A stretch of DNA of 64,000 nucleotides from assembly GCA_049515895.1 (NCBI GenBank), contig JBEKTQ010000012.1:1-64000 (forward strand), written 5' to 3'. Source of the DNA: Candidatus Bathyarchaeia archaeon (GTDB lineage Archaea > Thermoproteota > Bathyarchaeia > Bathyarchaeales > Bathycorpusculaceae). The position numbers and the translations under genes were made by a program. Shown here piece after piece: positions 59,415 to 64,000 of this stretch. The notes beneath the pieces were generated by a model. The model saw only the letters and a program-made list of their open reading frames with translations. It searched no databases and was not told where the DNA came from. Numbering within the stretch: position 1 is the stretch's first letter; the number at the start of each line of letters is the position of its first letter.

Positions 59415-60488
59415 TTGGTGCTTAAATTGGAAAGTGTATTTTCACAAGAGCAAATTGATAAGCTAATATCATGGAAGAGCTTTTTTCAAACGGAGAAAGT
59501 GCAAGCTTGGAAGGTTATTGAAGACAAAGCTGAGGAAGAAATACATAACATCTTAGAAACAACGGGCTTTGCCAAAGGAACTAACCTTACGGAAGCGAAC
59601 ATAGACCAGATTTTTCATTTAATGAGAAGCTTTTCTGCAAATAGAGCATTATCAAACCTTCTATATAGAAACAACACGATTGAAGTTTTTAACCAAAAAC
59701 TGAGAGAACTCTATTTTGGAAATTCACCTTTTTCTCAAAAAGTTAATGAGTTTTTCAAACTCGATGGAATAGGAATGCAAACTTTATCGCAACTTCTTGT
59801 AGCACTAGATTCTAGAAAGTATCCGCTTATCACTTCCCAAACTAAAGATGTTTTAGAGCTTGATGCGCAACAGGAGCAGAAAGCATTGGAGATAGCATTG
59901 AAGAAGTTTGAGATAGTAGACTCCCAGCAATATCTAGATTTAACGCTTGATTATCTCGCGGATTTTGTGATTTTTGAACAAATTAAAGAGCTAACCAACC
60001 TAGAAAAGTATACCTCTGTTAACAATATTATATGGTTTGCCAACAAAGAAGACAAAGTAGGTCCAGAAGAAGCTCTTGAGCAATATACCTCTTTTACTAT
60101 TGAGAAAGACCTTAAGGAATACTTAGCAAAGAATCCACATCTTTTGGAAAAAGGACTTAAAATGATTGGGAAGGAATTTCCAACCAAAGAAGTTGGAAAC
60201 ATTGACCTTCTTCTAGTCGATAACAAAGGCTATGATGTTGTTGTAGAGTTGAAGAAAGGCAGAGCAAGCGATGATGTAGTTGGTCAAATATCGCGTTACA
60301 TGGGATGGGTAATCAAAAACAGAAACAAAAAAACCAGAGGTATCATAGTAGTTAACGAACCTGACCAGCGGTTGGACTACTCTATATTGCCTTTTGGTGG
60401 TTCGATAAAAATAAAGTACTATCGAGTCAAGTTTGACTTAACTGACGAATACAAAGAAGACAAGTCCAATTCCGTTGAAGAGAAGTGA
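59415..60488 (+). CDS. NucS/EndoMS-like (DUF91) nuclease with N-terminal helical domain
   Basis: EKDLKEYL..EF..GNIDLL..VVELK..VGQISRYMGW. Confidence 0.85.
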   Translation: MVLKLESVFSQEQIDKLISWKSFFQTEKVQAWKVIEDKAEEEIHNILETTGFAKGTNLTEANIDQIFHLMRSFSANRALSNLLYRNNTIEVFNQKLRELYFGNSPFSQKVNEFFKLDGIGMQTLSQLLVALDSRKYPLITSQTKDVLELDAQQEQKALEIALKKFEIVDSQQYLDLTLDYLADFVIFEQIKELTNLEKYTSVNNIIWFANKEDKVGPEEALEQYTSFTIEKDLKEYLAKNPHLLEKGLKMIGKEFPTKEVGNIDLLLVDNKGYDVVVELKKGRASDDVVGQISRYMGWVIKNRNKKTRGIIVVNEPDQRLDYSILPFGGSIKIKYYRVKFDLTDEYKEDKSNSVEEK

Positions 60489-61327
60489 AAAGAATGCGAT
60501 TACTCTTCAAGGAAGCCATCGAGACTTGCTTTCACCCATCAGAAGAACGTTCAAAGAAGCTAAATGAGTGGGTTAAAAACGCAAACTCAGCAAGAGACAC
60601 AAAAAATGCAGATGCTAAACTAAACCAGTACGACAAAGCTGAAGAACTAATAACCTTCTACACCTTCGCTCCCTTGGTGTTAAGCTTAAACAGGGTAGGC
60701 TTAACCAATAGAATTCTCGGTTTGGCTGGTGTAAGTACGTTTGAAGAGGAAGTAGTTGATGTTGCTCTGGAACGACAATACAGACCACCAAAAGGCTACT
60801 TGAAATGGATAAGAGATGAAGTTAAGAATCATCCTGTAAAATACATTCGAGAACAGGCTAACGCACACAAAGCAAACCAGCCGTTAGAATCAAACACTCA
60901 CGTTGACGCATTCATAGAAACCGACAAATTGCTAATCTTCTTTGAAATAAAGTTCACCTCAGACATCTCCCACAGCACAACCTTCAACCCTTGCAGAAAC
61001 CAGTTGGCAAGGTTAATCGATGTTGGATTAGATGTGAATGAACACAATGGCAAAGAAGTACTAGTTATTCTGTCAACTCCACGCAGATTCTTCGAAAAGA
61101 AGAGCAGACTCTACTACTATAAAATCGCGGAATACGCTCACCCAGAGAAAATAAAGGAAGACATCGAGTGGAGAAGCCTTTCAACTATTAAAGATAACGT
61201 TTTAGCTGTAAGGTGGATTGCTCTCGGAGACCTGATTGATGTACTCTACAAAGACTTTGAGCATAAGGACAAAGAAGAAGCATTAGAGTTCTTCAAAGAG
61301 AGAAACCTATCGTCAAATGTTACGTAG
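60485..61327 (+). CDS. PD-(D/E)XK nuclease-family protein
   Basis: THVDAFIE..FFEIKFTSD..RNQLAR; GTGA overlap with the upstream gene. Confidence 0.75.
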   Translation: MKRMRLLFKEAIETCFHPSEERSKKLNEWVKNANSARDTKNADAKLNQYDKAEELITFYTFAPLVLSLNRVGLTNRILGLAGVSTFEEEVVDVALERQYRPPKGYLKWIRDEVKNHPVKYIREQANAHKANQPLESNTHVDAFIETDKLLIFFEIKFTSDISHSTTFNPCRNQLARLIDVGLDVNEHNGKEVLVILSTPRRFFEKKSRLYYYKIAEYAHPEKIKEDIEWRSLSTIKDNVLAVRWIALGDLIDVLYKDFEHKDKEEALEFFKERNLSSNVT

Positions 61328-61343
61328 CACATTATGTCAAACG

Positions 61344-61532
61344 TTAGTCATCGTTCCCTCTTGTTTGCCACAGAATAAGGTCAATCTTCTTAGTGTTGGA
61401 AATTCCAGAACTCGGAAATTTCTTATCAAACTCGATAATCGCTTCCTTGCTTTTCTCTGTATTTAGATAATTCTTGTACCAGTCAACAATTGAAACGTAC
61501 AACTTCTTTGTCTTGTTTTTAAGGTTAACTAT
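61344..61532 (-). pseudogene. C-terminal remnant of a helical protein
   Basis: LYVSIVDWYKNYLNTE..FDKKFP..ISNTKKIDLILWQTR-stop with no start codon; GCGCGCGC lies just upstream. Confidence 0.55.
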
Positions 61533-61580
61533 TTAGCGTTTTGGAAGCGCGCGCTTAAAAGCGACAATAAAAAAAAGCGA

Positions 61581-61802
61581 TTATGGTTTACCCATTCGCT
61601 TCTTATATATTTCATCGATGGTAGTAGTGCCCGGAATGTTGTAAGCCTTAGCAATCGCCACAGCTTCGTCAACCCTTTTAGCGTCTAATAGACTGAGCCT
61701 TAAGAGTAAATCAACAAAACCTTCTTTACTCATTCCTTGGGTATTTCTAATCTTTTCAATCATATCATTTACTTCATAGCTAAGATATACTTGTGCAGAC
61801 AT
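61581..61802 (-). CDS. Small ribbon-helix-helix/CopG-like protein
   Basis: QVYLSYEVNDMIEKIR..GMSKEGFVDLLLR. Confidence 0.6.
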   Translation of the reverse strand: MSAQVYLSYEVNDMIEKIRNTQGMSKEGFVDLLLRLSLLDAKRVDEAVAIAKAYNIPGTTTIDEIYKKRMGKP

Positions 61803-62227
61803 ACTGTTTCACAAATTCCTCTCCAAGCAGGTGCTATAAACATTTTTTAAAATTTGAAGAACCCAGATTTAAGCTTATTTTACAATAACAAGTCCAAAGC
61901 TTGGCAATGAGGCGATATTTATTTTTTTTACTTGAAGAATAGACAGCTTTGGATTCCTTTTCAAAAAATAAACCGAAATAAGCCTTTTTCGAAATTGCAG
62001 TTTGTAGCCCTATCTTCTACTCGACCACTCTGGGGCCGTATGACACACACACGCGCTTACTAAACTTCCTGCAATTGTGAACACACCCTGCATGTGTATT
62101 AGCAAGTTTAAACTAAATTTGTAAACCAGTATTTTTTATTGATAAATTAAAATTTAATCTCTATTGCTAATTCGGTTTGTCTTCTTTTCATATTTGAAAT
62201 TCTAAGCAAAACCACCTCGTATTCTTA

Positions 62228-62788
62228 ATGATAGAGGTGTTTGAAATGAGGAAAAAAGCAAAAGGTGTGGAGACAAACAACGATATCAGCTGCTGGATTG
62301 CAAAACTGGAGAAATTCTATGAGGCCTTCGCGAGGGCTTCTAGGAAACATGGCTATCTGCTCGAATTCTTGAAATCGGAGGCTCCGCCCTGCAACGAACG
62401 GGGAGAAAAATTATCGTTTGAAAAACTTTTTAGATTGTATGATGGTGACATACCGCTTGATTTTAAATGGAGATATGAGTTTTTTCTCGAAGACAACGAG
62501 GTCCTAAGAAAAGTTTTATGCTCACTAAAGCAGAACGGCTACGAGATGGCTTTTAATTTTACTGCACCAGATGCTATCCTCGGCAATGTTGCGGTTAGAA
62601 TTGATGATAAGTGGTTTGCAATCGGCGAATGTAAAAGCTTTTGGTCTAACCCCGTATGGGACTCCGAAGGCGAACCCACGATTGAACCAGCAGCCATTTG
62701 GATACTAAAACTGTGGCCTCCATTCTATGTTCTTTCAAACCCAAAAAATAAGGAAATAGACTTGGAAGTCGCGCTTTCAATACCATAG
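62228..62788 (+). CDS. Hypothetical protein, paralog 1
   Basis: FLED..FNFTAPDAILGNVAVRIDDKWFAIGEC..LWPPFYVLSN. Confidence 0.8.
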   Translation: MIEVFEMRKKAKGVETNNDISCWIAKLEKFYEAFARASRKHGYLLEFLKSEAPPCNERGEKLSFEKLFRLYDGDIPLDFKWRYEFFLEDNEVLRKVLCSLKQNGYEMAFNFTAPDAILGNVAVRIDDKWFAIGECKSFWSNPVWDSEGEPTIEPAAIWILKLWPPFYVLSNPKNKEIDLEVALSIP

Positions 62789-62826
62789 GAAAAAGCACAC
62801 ATTAAGCAAAATCTCCCGTTTCTATT

Positions 62827-63390
62827 TTGAGGAATGATGAAATGAATAACAAAGAAGAGAGAAATAGTATCGGCGACAAGTATAGTCTACTAATAGAGGA
62901 ATTCTACTCGCGTCTGTCCGATGCATCAAAGAGAGAAGGATATGCAATCGACTTTTTAATGGGTACAGCGGTTCCACTTGACAAAACTGGCCCACCCGAT
63001 GAGTTAGATGAATTAGGACGACTAAATAGTGCTCGACTACGTCCAGAAGACTATAATATCAACATTTTTCTCGAAGACAGTGATTTTCTTCTAAAAACTT
63101 TAACCGACTTGAAAGAAGCGTATAAGCTGGTATTCAACTTTACTGCAGCAGATTGCATCTTGGGAAATGTTGCTGTAAGAATCGAAGACGAATGGTTTGC
63201 AATTGGTGAATGCGCAATATCGGAAGTCGTTTTGCCCTATGGCGAGGAAGTGGAAGAAATAAACAGCTATTTTGGTGGAATCAGAATTCTGAGGTTGTGG
63301 TCTCCTTTCTATGTTCTTTCAAATATGAATCGAATGAAAACAGAATTGACATTTGTACATCCAATAATTCCAATAGCAATCGAAGTCTAA
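62827..63390 (+). CDS. Hypothetical protein, paralog 2
   Basis: FLED..FNFTAADCILGNVAVRIEDEWFAIGEC..LWSPFYVLSN. Confidence 0.8.
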   Translation: MRNDEMNNKEERNSIGDKYSLLIEEFYSRLSDASKREGYAIDFLMGTAVPLDKTGPPDELDELGRLNSARLRPEDYNINIFLEDSDFLLKTLTDLKEAYKLVFNFTAADCILGNVAVRIEDEWFAIGECAISEVVLPYGEEVEEINSYFGGIRILRLWSPFYVLSNMNRMKTELTFVHPIIPIAIEV

Positions 63391-63763
63391 TTTAAGAACC
63401 TTCCAGCTAGCGGTCTTAGTATTTTGATATATTTCTTATGTCAAAGCTACCCACTATTTCCATGAAGGTTTTTTCCTTTCTTTTTTTATCTCGGATTTTT
63501 GCGATGAATGCCTCCAAAAACATTCTCTTCAATCACCAGAGTGTGACATAACAAAAGAACGCTGCCCAAAACTTGGTTCAAGTAAACTACAGAAAAAACT
63601 CGCATATCAGCTTACAGCTATACAAAATGAAATCAAGAAACTCAGGTCGAAAAATAGCGACCAAGAAGATAGTGTCTTGGGTTGAACTCCAAGAAAACTT
63701 TGCCGAAGCGTGGAACATTCACCAGTGTTCCCAAGTGGAAAGATTGTAATTTTAAGAAACGAA

Positions 63764-64000
63764 TCATTCGGCGGGGTGTAAAAGAGTCTTCACAAGAGCC
63801 TCTACAGCCTTTTCTTTCTCTTGATATGCTTCTTCCCCTAATTTTGAAATCACCGAATTAACCACGGCAGAATATATCGCAGTCACTTTCTCATACGGTT
63901 TGATAGCCATTGAAATTATATAATCAATAAACTCATGCCGTAAGGTCTCCAACGCCTTTTCCGCATTTTCTTCATATATGAAGATTACATCGTTTTTAAC
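63764..64000 (-). CDS. 3' end of a hypothetical protein running off the window
   Basis: The frame of the 63764-63952 ORF stays open towards the window edge. Confidence 0.5.
   Translation of the reverse strand, partial: VKNDVIFIYEENAEKALETLRHEFIDYIISMAIKPYEKVTAIYSAVVNSVISKLGEEAYQEKEKAVEALVKTLLHPAE

Overview
Archaeal window, most likely Bathyarchaeia. This assignment is an inference from the gene families: DUF1616, a stand-alone receiver, small archaeal wHTH proteins, a long helical-repeat/wHTH protein and PT-stalk surface proteins. It falls into three parts. (1) 1-16.4 kb holds surface/membrane proteins, wecB, a PT-stalked alpha/beta hydrolase and an integration-scar region with tRNA 3'-end fragments and a degenerate tyrosine recombinase. 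(2) 16.8-37 kb is a large surface-glycan cluster: uxs, ugd, GT2/GT4, methyltransferases, an asnB-type amidotransferase, DUF1616, GH5 and a nucleotidyltransferase, interrupted by a small inverted-repeat element. (3) 39-64 kb is a 1222-aa solenoid/Ig/wHTH protein followed by a defence island: DUF4365, DUF5131+TcmP, Mrr, a type II R-M pair, RmuC-like, NucS-like and PD-(D/E)XK nucleases. The strongest unexplained signal is a set of intergenic (GC)n/CGCG runs that repeatedly sit where genes are truncated or where element ends lie, suggesting a sequence-specific rearrangement process. No complete tRNA, rRNA or CRISPR array was seen. Several single-base frameshifts could be biological or assembly errors.
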